IMG/VR virus record: IMGVR_UViG_3300021344_000003
Coordinates: 1 to 40,275 of that record
DNA from: a virus
Taxonomy: Duplodnaviria; Caudoviricetes
Reading direction: 5' to 3' (one strand)
Length of the DNA stretch: 40,275 nucleotides
Position numbers and translations under genes: made by a program. Every line of letters starts with the position of its first letter. Positions within the stretch are counted from its first letter, which is position 1. Positions 8,008-16,930 of this stretch are shown piece by piece. The notes under the pieces are model-generated. The model did no database searches. It worked only from the letters and a program-made list of their open reading frames with translations, and was not told where the DNA came from.

Positions 8008-10718
8008 GATCCCAAAGTTCCACGTTGTAAAGTTTGCCTGAAATAGAGCCGCAATCCATCCACTGAAAAAGGTTTGTCCACCGCATTGCTTCGGACGCGG
8101 AACCGCACTTTTTCTCCCATGAAATTGATATTGAATTTCTTCGTAAAACTCATTGATGCGCCGTCATCTTGCGTCAAATCGACGCTGACTTCCTGGTAAG
8201 TCTCCCCGCCATCCGTTGACCAACCAAGATCGAGGTCATAAGGCCCCATCCTGTCGCAAGTAATCAAAAGCTCCCGGCCTTTCATTTGAAGTTCAGAATT
8301 AGAGAAATCCCGCGTCTCATAAAACGAATCCATCGCTTCTCCGGCCTTAGAATAGCTGCTCTCAAGTTCAAAAAGCGAACCGTCAACGCTAGACCCGCCT
8401 ACAAAAACGTTAATAAATCGGCAAAACGATAACAAAGACCAGTCTTTTTGATGCCAAGGATTCTTAGCTGTCGATTTTCCTAACACGACAACGATATCGT
8501 TCTCCGACGCTCCAAGGGTAGCCGCCGCCAGCCAATAGCGATTTAACCATACAAAAGAAGCGACGTTTTGAAGGACAGCTGCGCCCGATGTGGTTGATAG
8601 CACCCAATTTACTGTAAACGAATCGACAAACGGGGCCCTGGCGGCGTCAGACGTAGAAAGTTCGATCCTGACTTGGAAGAAGATGTTGGCTATGTCCGTG
8701 TTCGGGACCGCTCCTGGGACTATGACTGTCCAACTAGCGGAACTAAGCCCTGGACTAGTTGATGCCGCCCGGAAATAATACAGAATCGTCTGGCCAAGCT
8801 CATTGCGTTCCGATGTGAAGCCACCCCATTGCAGAATGTTTCCGCCGGTATTGTGAATTGCTGAAAGGTACGTCCCGCCGACATACACTTTGTCGATAAC
8901 GGGCGTAGCGAGGCCCGTAGAACTGAACAGGTTCACGCCCCATCGCAGATATTGCCTAAGAGTCGAGCCGATAAGGGCGTTATTGGCGACATCGACTTCA
9001 ATACCCCATGTAATACCATCACTAGACGATTGCGTGAAAAACTGGTAAGCTTCGCCGTTCGCCGCAATAATAGCCGTCAGATGGCCGAAAGAGGCCGGAG
9101 CCGCGCCATAATCAATCGGAGCCGACAAAAACGTTCCATCCGGTTCAAATCCGCCCCTGTATACTTCCATCTCGCCAAGCGTTGCTTGACCGGCGCTCAT
9201 GGAAACAAAAAGACGAACCTGGATACATCGCACGGTAGCAAACGGAATGTCCCAATCCGCTGGAACGGCGCTTTGCGGAGGAAAAAACTGAAAAGCGTTG
9301 ACCCAAGACCCATTCGTTGCACCGGGAGCTTGGTAGGCGCCTACATTCACTTCAATTTCACATAAAGAGAAACCAGCGTTCGCCAAAAAGTTCTTGAGAA
9401 CAACTTTACCGACAGGCGTTTCGGAACCCATATCAATTATCCAAACGGCATTATTTTGTGTATTAAAATTAGACCCGAATCCGACAACCGGAGATGTTGC
9501 GCCATCATTTATGGAAGAATTGACCCCAATAACAGAAAGACCGCCGGATTGATCTAGAAAAGCATTCTTACCAAGAGATATAAGAGCCCCTGGCTGTCCT
9601 ATTTCCACTAAAGCCAACTGCAAATTGCCGGGATTGTCATTAGCCGTCGTATCGTCATGCGTCCCGGAATTAAAATCCGCCTGCGTGTCATCCGCCGGAA
9701 TGAGCGTCAGTTTATCGTCACCAGTCGAAAGGTTATTGGGAACCGTTCCCGCCGCCAAATCAGCCGATTCAGTGACGTTCCAGAACGCATTGTTTAAGAG
9801 CGGCTGTTGGAGATTCCTGAAAGCAAACACGCCGGACGCGGGATTGGATGGATCAATCGGGTCAGAAATGCGCTGGGCTTCTTCGCCGTCAAAGACATAG
9901 AAACCGTCTACGCCGATGAAATGGATCAAGTTATCTTTGATCTGAATGGATTCCTGAAACCGCGTGCCTGTTGAAGCCCGCGTCTTGACGCGGGTGTACG
10001 TGTACTCGTCATATCCGACGATCCGGTAAATCGAATACTGTTTAGAGCAATAGAGGTAGCCGCGGTACAAGAAAATACCCGTTCCTTGATCGGCGTCGCC
10101 TTCCGAAATCTGGATCTCATTATCGGTCGGCCATGCCGCTATATTATCCGGCGCGATCTCCGTTCCCGCCGCGTCCGTCAAAGCCGTGAACCGCGCCGCT
10201 GAAGGAGCGTCCGAGATGCCGTAAAGCCACACGCGCTCGTCGTGATAAGCAATATACTTTCCCGCAGGAACGTCGGGAGTCCCGCCGGAACCGCCCAATC
10301 TCACAAGAGTTGTCCCGTCCCAGGTCATCACGTCATCGGAACCGTTCGTCAGCCACAACTTGTCGCGGATCACCATGCCGCGCAACTGAAAGAAACCCGA
10401 TAGGCCCGTCACGATCTGCGTGTAATTCACAAAATCGGTCGTATGCCAGACCGTCACGTTATCGGACAAAACAAGCTGGCTTGATCCGTCGGAAGTCTTG
10501 AAAAAATCAACGAGCAGGGTCGTCGGATTGCCGGAAGGATTCTGGCCTAAAAATCGGTAGCCGTGAGCCGTGACGACCGACCCTGGTTTCTCGTCCACCC
10601 AAACGTTCTGGTGATTCGGAGAATGGCCGGCAGGCAGTTTCGTCGGCGACGCCGCCGTGTTCAGCGTGCCCCACTCTTCTATCGCAAACTCCTTAGCATC
10701 TTCTAAAACGGCAGTCAT
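8004..10718 (-). CDS. Tail nozzle/tubular protein B (P22 gp10/T7 gp12-like beta-propeller) with internal insertion
   Basis: 904 aa; N-terminal GTLNT...SPNHQNV, propeller-like blades (LWLTNGSDDVMTWDG, IHFIGVDGFYVFDG), C-terminal YETRDF...GEKVRFRV; follows the adaptor gene. Confidence 0.7.
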   Translation of the reverse strand: MTAVLEDAKEFAIEEWGTLNTAASPTKLPAGHSPNHQNVWVDEKPGSVVTAHGYRFLGQNPSGNPTTLLVDFFKTSDGSSQLVLSDNVTVWHTTDFVNYTQIVTGLSGFFQLRGMVIRDKLWLTNGSDDVMTWDGTTLVRLGGSGGTPDVPAGKYIAYHDERVWLYGISDAPSAARFTALTDAAGTEIAPDNIAAWPTDNEIQISEGDADQGTGIFLYRGYLYCSKQYSIYRIVGYDEYTYTRVKTRASTGTRFQESIQIKDNLIHFIGVDGFYVFDGEEAQRISDPIDPSNPASGVFAFRNLQQPLLNNAFWNVTESADLAAGTVPNNLSTGDDKLTLIPADDTQADFNSGTHDDTTANDNPGNLQLALVEIGQPGALISLGKNAFLDQSGGLSVIGVNSSINDGATSPVVGFGSNFNTQNNAVWIIDMGSETPVGKVVLKNFLANAGFSLCEIEVNVGAYQAPGATNGSWVNAFQFFPPQSAVPADWDIPFATVRCIQVRLFVSMSAGQATLGEMEVYRGGFEPDGTFLSAPIDYGAAPASFGHLTAIIAANGEAYQFFTQSSSDGITWGIEVDVANNALIGSTLRQYLRWGVNLFSSTGLATPVIDKVYVGGTYLSAIHNTGGNILQWGGFTSERNELGQTILYYFRAASTSPGLSSASWTVIVPGAVPNTDIANIFFQVRIELSTSDAARAPFVDSFTVNWVLSTTSGAAVLQNVASFVWLNRYWLAAATLGASENDIVVVLGKSTAKNPWHQKDWSLLSFCRFINVFVGGSSVDGSLFELESSYSKAGEAMDSFYETRDFSNSELQMKGRELLITCDRMGPYDLDLGWSTDGGETYQEVSVDLTQDDGASMSFTKKFNINFMGEKVRFRVRSNAVDKPFSVDGLRLYFRQTLQRGTLGS

Positions 10719-10867
10719 TCTTCAATCTCCGTCCATGTCGTTATGCCGGAAGAAACAATCAGCGAACTGCCGCCTCCGAACGGCCCTTCGCCGAACCCGC
10801 CTTCCCCAAAACCCACGCCGGGAATGAGTATCACTCCGGCGTCGCCGATATCAATGAAATCAGACAT
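10715..10867 (-). CDS. 50-aa Gly/Phe-rich protein (below ORF-track cutoff)
   Basis: MSDFIDIGDAGVILIPGVGFGEGGFGEGPFGGGSSLIVSSGITTWTEIEE; fills the adaptor-nozzle gap, ATGA overlap, GGAGG RBS. Confidence 0.7.
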   Translation of the reverse strand: MSDFIDIGDAGVILIPGVGFGEGGFGEGPFGGGSSLIVSSGITTWTEIEE

Positions 10868-10869
10868 TA

Positions 10870-11508
10870 CTAATACCTCCCCGCCCAGCGGAAACGCATC
10901 AAGTCGTCAGCGAATTTCTGTACGTGCGAAGTCAGGCGTTTTTTCTGGTTTTCATAAAGAGCCAAATTCACCTGCGCCCTTTTATCGTTGCCCATCTTGT
11001 GCTCTAAAAGAAACGCCGCGTAGAACGGAAGGCAGTCATGGAACGCGACATGCAGGTCCGGCGCCGTCACGTCATCAGTCAAATCGGGCGGGACTTTAAT
11101 GTATTGGATCTGTATCACTTCAGAATTAGCGACGCGGTCAGCAGAAGGTTTTGGATAAAGCCCGATCTTGACGTTGTCGGCTTTGTAGGCGTAAAGCGGA
11201 AGGCCGGACGTGGCGTTCTGCCAGTCGGAACGAATATGCGCGAGGTCGGCGCGATCTACGATAATCAGCTGCTGATTGTCGTAGAAAACATCCGAAAGAG
11301 AAATGAAGTTTTCAGGAAGCGTGTAAGTCGATTGTTCCGCGACGGGCGTCGCTTGCGCCAGTTGCAATGGCCATTCGAGATCGGTTCCCAAATAACGAAT
11401 GGCCTGATTTAAATCGCCGTAAATCTGCGCGTCGGTGAAATGGCTGTTAGCCGAATCGGTTTCGTCGATCAGGGCCCTGGTCTGCGCCAAAAGGGCGGGC
11501 CTGAGCAT
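10870..11508 (-). CDS. Head-tail adaptor/tail tubular protein A
   Basis: Likely start MLRPALLAQTRALIDE at 11508; motifs YTLPENF, IGLYPKPS, FHDCLPFYAA typical of podoviral adaptors. Confidence 0.75.
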   Translation of the reverse strand: MLRPALLAQTRALIDETDSANSHFTDAQIYGDLNQAIRYLGTDLEWPLQLAQATPVAEQSTYTLPENFISLSDVFYDNQQLIIVDRADLAHIRSDWQNATSGLPLYAYKADNVKIGLYPKPSADRVANSEVIQIQYIKVPPDLTDDVTAPDLHVAFHDCLPFYAAFLLEHKMGNDKRAQVNLALYENQKKRLTSHVQKFADDLMRFRWAGRY

Positions 11509-11509
11509 A

Positions 11510-11917
11510 TCACAATTTCTCCGCTTCCCTCTTAAACCACACGATAAAATTGCCGAGCTTCTCGCGCAATTTAAGCGTGTCCTGGTGCAGATCCTCAATC
11601 TTGGTGCGCTCAGTCTCGAAACCGTTTTTGTCCTGCTTAAAATTAATCAGAAGCTTCGCGAAATCGGCTTTATCGGCTTCCAATTTAGCCGATGCCTCGC
11701 TTATTTTGAGGCCTTCAAGCCGGGCCGCTTCGCGCTTCTTATCAAGTTCCTGCTGGCCCAAGGCGAGAGCCTGCTCGATATCTTTTTTCGTTTGGTCGTT
11801 CTTGCGTTTTAAGTTCTCCGATTCCATCTGTAAATGCGCCGTGCGGGCTTCCCATGCCGAGAGCTCCCCGCCCAATTCCTTAACGCCTTTGATCGTCGTA
11901 GCCGATTTCGAGTCCAT
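11510..11917 (-). CDS. Coiled-coil hypothetical protein
   Basis: 135 aa, Lys/Glu-rich heptads; coupled to neighbours. Confidence 0.65.
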   Translation of the reverse strand: MDSKSATTIKGVKELGGELSAWEARTAHLQMESENLKRKNDQTKKDIEQALALGQQELDKKREAARLEGLKISEASAKLEADKADFAKLLINFKQDKNGFETERTKIEDLHQDTLKLREKLGNFIVWFKREAEKL

Positions 11918-12189
11918 TATGATCCCTTCGGGAAAAAGTAAGTTTTTCCCAGCCCTTCTTTTGAATAGTGAAACATCCGTTTCTCTTTCGGATGCCAGCG
12001 CCTGTCTCCGACATCATTCAAATGCGCCACCGTCGCTTTCGGGTTATAAGGATTGTTTCCGGTTTCCTTGAAATACGGAAACGTTCCCGGCTCCAATTCC
12101 CGGCAATGGCGGCAAAGCCACGCTTCTTCGCCCAAATCAAAAAACAGGCTCGAACAAGGCTTCAAACAAACCGCGCATTGCTGGATCAT
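11917..12189 (-). CDS. Small Cys-containing (zinc-finger-like) protein; start uncertain
   Basis: CAVC...CRHC pairs; start at MIQQ (12189) avoids overlap with the upstream gene. Confidence 0.5.
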   Translation of the reverse strand: MIQQCAVCLKPCSSLFFDLGEEAWLCRHCRELEPGTFPYFKETGNNPYNPKATVAHLNDVGDRRWHPKEKRMFHYSKEGLGKTYFFPKGS

Positions 12190-12265
12190 GCGAGGAATTC
12201 CCGGCGGAGGAAAGAGCTTCGACGGATCAAGTAAAAACCCCCTCTTTCCGCCGGGAAATAATTTC

Positions 12266-12673
12266 CTAGTATCCAGCCGACAAACGGCCCGGCTCATAAA
12301 CAATCAAAGCGGCGTCATTGGCCGTAGACAAAACGGCCATGCCTCCCTGACTGAACTGAAGCGGCGGATCGTACAAACACATCGTCGTTACGCTCGCCGA
12401 ACCCGCCATGCATCGCGTTTTTAAAACGCTCGACTGAACGCCGGAGGAGATCCCCGCCGCCGTGGTCGTGTCAAACAACGCGACGAAATCGCCGGTCGCG
12501 CCCGTTGACATCACGACGCCGTAAATCACAACGTCCGCGTTCAAGGCAACCGTCGAAACCGCCGTGGTGTAGTTGATGGCCAGAGATTGTTTTGCTCCCC
12601 TGGCCGCCGATGCCGCATGAGACGTTCCGACCCAAGCTAGACACAAGAGAAGAACAGCAAGTTTTGTTTTCAT
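12266..12673 (-). CDS. Capsid decoration-like beta protein with signal peptide
   Basis: Immediately after the capsid gene; MKTKLAVLLLCLAWVGTSHA then a beta-rich body (IYGVVMSTG...VALFD...YDPPLQFSQG). Confidence 0.6.
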   Translation of the reverse strand: MKTKLAVLLLCLAWVGTSHAASAARGAKQSLAINYTTAVSTVALNADVVIYGVVMSTGATGDFVALFDTTTAAGISSGVQSSVLKTRCMAGSASVTTMCLYDPPLQFSQGGMAVLSTANDAALIVYEPGRLSAGY

Positions 12674-12685
12674 GTCATTCCCCCC

Positions 12686-13552
12686 TTATGCCGCGCTCGT
12701 GACCCGTACCGCGTGATTGTCACGAACGACTTTCACGCCGTACAAGGCTGAGCCGTGGTATTTGGTCGCGTACTGCACTTTAGCGAATTTCCCCATCTCG
12801 AAGTCTTTCTGCATGATAACGGCAAAAGCTTCCCGGTGAAACAGCACGTTGTCGCGCTTGGAAGCCGTGGTCGTAACGCGGCTGGAAACTTCTACAGGAG
12901 TGCCGTAGAGCCCAACCACGCGCCCGTTATCCACCTGCACGCCCCTCGTAAAGCCCGTGACGTTCGCCAGAGTGAACTTGTCGTTACCCAAAAGATCCGC
13001 GTGCGCCAATGGCGCGATGATCCAAACGCGGTCATCTTTCGGCACTTCCAAGTCATCTAGGAGCGTCTGAGCGCCCCGGATTTTCGGGTCACTGAACGCC
13101 CCGCCCGTATCGTCAATGTTGGTCGTTAAAGTCGCCACCAGAGCCAGAACGTCGTCATCCTGTTTCTGAGCGACGGCTTTCCCGAACGCTTCCGAGAACT
13201 CCGATTCCCAGTTCAAAATCGACTGGTAATCGACGATATCCACCAAGTTCGCTGACACGTTCTTCCATTTATCGACGACAATCGATACCGGCGTCGGAGA
13301 AACCTCCGTGTCGGTGAAGGAGCCGTCGGTCGTGGAAATGTCCGATGTCGCTAAGGACGGGAAGATTTGTAGCGTCACCCGGTCCCCGGCCTGCTTGATT
13401 GAACCCGTCACGTTGGCGTCGCCTTCCATGGCGTTCAAACAGTGGCCCCATGCTTTCTGCGCGGCGTATCTGGCTTTTAAAGCCTTGACCCGTAACCAGT
13501 TCGGCAGAGTCGTCGATACGCCGGTTGTGTCTAATCCCGTTTCGTTAGCCAT
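12686..13552 (-). CDS. Major capsid protein (HK97 fold, P22-coat-like)
   Basis: 288 aa after the scaffold; motifs GDRVTL, IVVDKWK, AVAQKQDDDVL, VPKDDRVWII, VLFHREAF, ALYGVKVVR. Confidence 0.85.
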   Translation of the reverse strand: MANETGLDTTGVSTTLPNWLRVKALKARYAAQKAWGHCLNAMEGDANVTGSIKQAGDRVTLQIFPSLATSDISTTDGSFTDTEVSPTPVSIVVDKWKNVSANLVDIVDYQSILNWESEFSEAFGKAVAQKQDDDVLALVATLTTNIDDTGGAFSDPKIRGAQTLLDDLEVPKDDRVWIIAPLAHADLLGNDKFTLANVTGFTRGVQVDNGRVVGLYGTPVEVSSRVTTTASKRDNVLFHREAFAVIMQKDFEMGKFAKVQYATKYHGSALYGVKVVRDNHAVRVTSAA

Positions 13553-13570
13553 TGAGTCCCGCTTTTAATT

Positions 13571-14428
13571 TTATTTCTTCACCCGTTTTTCCGCATAGGC
13601 TCTCATGAACTCCGATTCCAGTTCCTTGAACTTCTTGTTTTGATCCGGCGTCAGATGCCGCACGTCGCCGATTTTTTTTAGCTCGGCCTCCATTTCGGGT
13701 TCCGTCCATATTCTCGGCCCGCTTGCTGAAGCCGATGTTCCAGCGACCGATGCCGCCTTGTTTTTCAGGACGGATTTATCCGAAACGCCGCGTGACTTTT
13801 CCCATTTATACAGGACATACTCGGCCTGTTCCATGGGCGCTTCGATGCGGCCCGCGAGCGGGTCAGATGCAAGAATTTCCCGGATTTCCTGGATATCCTC
13901 CTCCGTGATGCCTTTTTGGGAACGAATGAATTTGGCGGCTTCCAACGCTTCCTGCTTCAGAGACGCCGCTTGCGCCCGTTCTTCTTCCGTCTGGCGAATT
14001 TCTTTTAAGAGTTCCGGTCGGAACCCTTCCAGCTCATTACGAAGAATCTCGCGCAGCGTGTCTTCTGGAGCGTCGTAAAACGTCCGCGAAGGTTTGCGGT
14101 TCTGATTGGGGTCGAATAACTTCTGAAGTTCCGCGAGCTGCTGTTTCATTGTGCCGACTTCGTTGTTCCAATAGCCGTCGCGTTCCCTCAACTGCTGCCT
14201 GAGTTCATAGATCGTTTCTGCTTTTGATTTGAACCTCGGCCTTCCCGGGTCAGTCCCGTTTTCCTTGCCGCCCTCGGAGGAAGATCGCTCCCCTCCGGCG
14301 ATGCTCTCTTTTCCTTGCGGATTTTCAGGCGCGACTGTCCCTGAACCGTTTGAGCTTTCGGTCCCTGTTTTTGCGGTCGCTTCCCCGCCAGATGTCTGGA
14401 GGGCGGATGTGGCTAGTTCGTCAACCAT
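13571..14428 (-). CDS. Capsid scaffolding protein
   Basis: 285 aa, disordered N-terminus, charged coiled coil, C-terminal AYAEKRVKK; directly upstream of the capsid gene. Confidence 0.7.
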   Translation of the reverse strand: MVDELATSALQTSGGEATAKTGTESSNGSGTVAPENPQGKESIAGGERSSSEGGKENGTDPGRPRFKSKAETIYELRQQLRERDGYWNNEVGTMKQQLAELQKLFDPNQNRKPSRTFYDAPEDTLREILRNELEGFRPELLKEIRQTEEERAQAASLKQEALEAAKFIRSQKGITEEDIQEIREILASDPLAGRIEAPMEQAEYVLYKWEKSRGVSDKSVLKNKAASVAGTSASASGPRIWTEPEMEAELKKIGDVRHLTPDQNKKFKELESEFMRAYAEKRVKK

Positions 14429-14481
14429 TGTTTCGTCCTTCTCTTATCGCCGTGAAACTAGGCCGGGCGATAACGGCCAAA

Positions 14482-14859
14482 TTAATAGCATTCATATTCG
14501 ATAAAAACGTTCGCCGTAGACGAATTCGTGTAAGCCAAAGAATTCGTGTTCGTGGAAGCGACCACCGTATCGAAGTTCAAGCATCCGAACTGCGTGGCGT
14601 CAATTGACGCCGCTTGAACGGGCGTATTCGTCGATAAAAACACTTTCAGCGTGGAAGCCGCAGCCGTCGGGCTGGAAATGCAGACGGAATGAAGAATGGC
14701 CCGGTGTTTAGAACAAAGAGATTGGTTTGAATCCGCCGTCTGCGTGAAAGAGCTCCGCCAGACCTCATAGGCTTGCGCCCGAGACGCGCTAGAGAGCAGG
14801 AGTAACGAGACAAGAGGCAATCGCCTCAAAAGTATTTTCTTCATTGCGGCCCACCTCAT
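14482..14859 (-). CDS. Small beta-rich protein with signal peptide (start 14859 or 14844)
   Basis: MKKILLRRLPLVSLLLLSSASRAQA|YEV; mature part has 4 Cys and loosely resembles 12266..12673. Confidence 0.65.
   Translation of the reverse strand: MRWAAMKKILLRRLPLVSLLLLSSASRAQAYEVWRSSFTQTADSNQSLCSKHRAILHSVCISSPTAAASTLKVFLSTNTPVQAASIDATQFGCLNFDTVVASTNTNSLAYTNSSTANVFIEYECY
14814..14827. promoter_or_regulatory. GAGGC-N4-GCCTC palindromic motif, copy 1 (reverse orientation)
   Basis: GAGGCAATCGCCTC is the reverse complement of GAGGCGATTGCCTC at 19615, 36970 and 37171. Confidence 0.5.
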
Positions 14860-15161
14860 TGCGGTTCACCCCGCGCTTCCGACAAGAGCTTTTCGATGAT
14901 TTCTGAAGGAGCGTTCGATGGATCGGCGCCTTCTTCTTTCAAGCGTTCGATCTCGATATCCAATCGCACCATCAGTCGCTTGGCGCCTTTCTCCTGGCCC
15001 GCCCAATATCGCCACGCCGATTCCTGGCCTCTTGCAGCCGATAGGTCGCGCTTCGTTTCGATCTCGGAGATATCTTCCAGCCACAACTCCTGCAATCGCT
15101 TGTATGCGGGGTGGCTCTTAAGTGCGGTCAATAAAACCAAATCCTTTGCTTTTTCGGTCAT
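14856..15161 (-). CDS. Small helical protein downstream of portal
   Basis: 101 aa, ATGA-coupled on both sides; position typical of podoviral head modules. Confidence 0.65.
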   Translation of the reverse strand: MTEKAKDLVLLTALKSHPAYKRLQELWLEDISEIETKRDLSAARGQESAWRYWAGQEKGAKRLMVRLDIEIERLKEEGADPSNAPSEIIEKLLSEARGEPQ

Positions 15162-16930
15162 GGAGTCGCTCCCGCCAGTTCTCTTTGGGCTCCGTTATGC
15201 GCCGCCTGGCCAAGTTCGCCCGCGACGGACCGAAGGCTTTCCGCTTGCGAAACCCCGCCCGCCAACTGGTCCATCGCTCCGGGGACTTGCGGTCCTCCGG
15301 CGGGTCCCAGGCTTCCGCCTGATAGTCCGGGAATTTGCGGGACCGCCTGCCAGACGGATTTCGGGTTCATTCCGACGGATCGGGCAAACTCTTCCACGAA
15401 CGGCTGCAAGTTCACCTGTCCCAACTGCGGGTTCTGAGAACGGATGGAAGTCACCACTTGCAGGAATTGGAGCAAGTCCTTATTGCGCTGCGGGCGGAAA
15501 TCCTTGTCGGTAACGATCTTGGTTTGGACTTCCACATCCAGAGCCAGGTCGCCGGGAAACACTTTTAAGTTATCGACCCGGCCCGTGGCGGCGATAGAGA
15601 ATGGCTTGTCCAGGAACGTCAGGTTATTTTCGTGCATCTTGGCGATATGGTCGCGGAGCATCGTTTCCGAAAAGATCTCGGCCTGAACCGAAAGGCGGCG
15701 TACCGCTTCGGTCTGAGCGATAGACGCTTCAGTGGCGGAGGCCTCCGTCACCAGGGCCTGCAAGTTATCCGTGGCTCCCGTGGCTCCGCGAAATTCCTGT
15801 TTCATCATGTTTTCAAGCTGCATCCCGAAATTGACGCCTTCGAGTTGCGGGCGGAAGGCTTTTATCATCGTCTCCGGGTCGCCGTCGATTTCCGTCACGC
15901 CCCAAGGCTTGATTTTCATTTGGGAAGTCTTAAGTCCCGCGCTCCTGTTAGCGAGCCATTGATTAAAAAGAGCGAACGTGATGGTGTCGTGCATCCGGCC
16001 ACGGTTGGAATTAATTTCCGGCTGGGTGTTCTCGGCGATGCGGCCCACGCCGTAGCCGTAAGGCTCCAGTTCAAACTCGATCAAATGCGCGATACTGAGC
16101 GGCCTTCTTTTGTAGACGTTGGAATGAAACTTCACCGTCGCCAGATCGTTCACGGTCGCCACGCACCATTCGGTCCCCGACGTGTCGCCGGGGAGATTGC
16201 CGTAGTAAGTCACGAGCTGCATGATGCTCGACACTGAGCCGGACCCGGCGTAGTTGTTATAGCCCGCATTAGAAAGCCGCGCCATGACTTCAGACGGCAC
16301 ATTCTTGACATCGGACGAATCGGCGATTGATTTAGAAATAGCGTCTCCGTCCCACACATCCGGCATTCTTCGGGCGAGGTCCCGCAACTGGTCCGGCGTC
16401 ACGAAATCAATCATGGCGTGCCAGGGCGAAAGCGAGATGTCGAAGCACAAAGGATCAAACGCCACTTGAAGCAGGCTCCTCGGCATAAAATCCGTCGCTT
16501 CAAAGTACGGCATATTCACCGTCCATGGCTCCTCGACGGCAACCGTGCCCATGAGCGCGGCGGAGCGGCAGGCTTTGAGGAGCTTGCGGCGATACTGCGT
16601 GGCGGTCTGCTGCCAGATCAAGACTTGCTCGGCGGTCCAGAGATCCTCTTCCGACGCGTACGGGTTCGATGAAAGAAGCTGGAAATTCGGCTGAGCGCTC
16701 GTCATGGCGCGGTAGAAGAAAGTGGCGATGGCTTCGACGGCGCGGGTGGTTTCGGTCACTTGCGGGTTAGCGAACCCGGACAAGTCCGCCGCCCTCGCCG
16801 GGCGGATCAGGCGGTAGAAATCGGCGTAGGTATTGAACCGCGACAGGTGGCTCGACAAACGGGCGCGCCAGAAATCCACTTTCTCTTTAATCATCAAGAA
16901 CGGGTCTTTAAATCCCTGGAAGTCGATCAT
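15158..16930 (-). CDS. Portal protein
   Basis: 590 aa directly after TerL; AALMGT, PYGYGVG, ATGAT and ASATEAS motifs of P22/T7-like portals. Confidence 0.85.
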   Translation of the reverse strand: MIDFQGFKDPFLMIKEKVDFWRARLSSHLSRFNTYADFYRLIRPARAADLSGFANPQVTETTRAVEAIATFFYRAMTSAQPNFQLLSSNPYASEEDLWTAEQVLIWQQTATQYRRKLLKACRSAALMGTVAVEEPWTVNMPYFEATDFMPRSLLQVAFDPLCFDISLSPWHAMIDFVTPDQLRDLARRMPDVWDGDAISKSIADSSDVKNVPSEVMARLSNAGYNNYAGSGSVSSIMQLVTYYGNLPGDTSGTEWCVATVNDLATVKFHSNVYKRRPLSIAHLIEFELEPYGYGVGRIAENTQPEINSNRGRMHDTITFALFNQWLANRSAGLKTSQMKIKPWGVTEIDGDPETMIKAFRPQLEGVNFGMQLENMMKQEFRGATGATDNLQALVTEASATEASIAQTEAVRRLSVQAEIFSETMLRDHIAKMHENNLTFLDKPFSIAATGRVDNLKVFPGDLALDVEVQTKIVTDKDFRPQRNKDLLQFLQVVTSIRSQNPQLGQVNLQPFVEEFARSVGMNPKSVWQAVPQIPGLSGGSLGPAGGPQVPGAMDQLAGGVSQAESLRSVAGELGQAAHNGAQRELAGATP

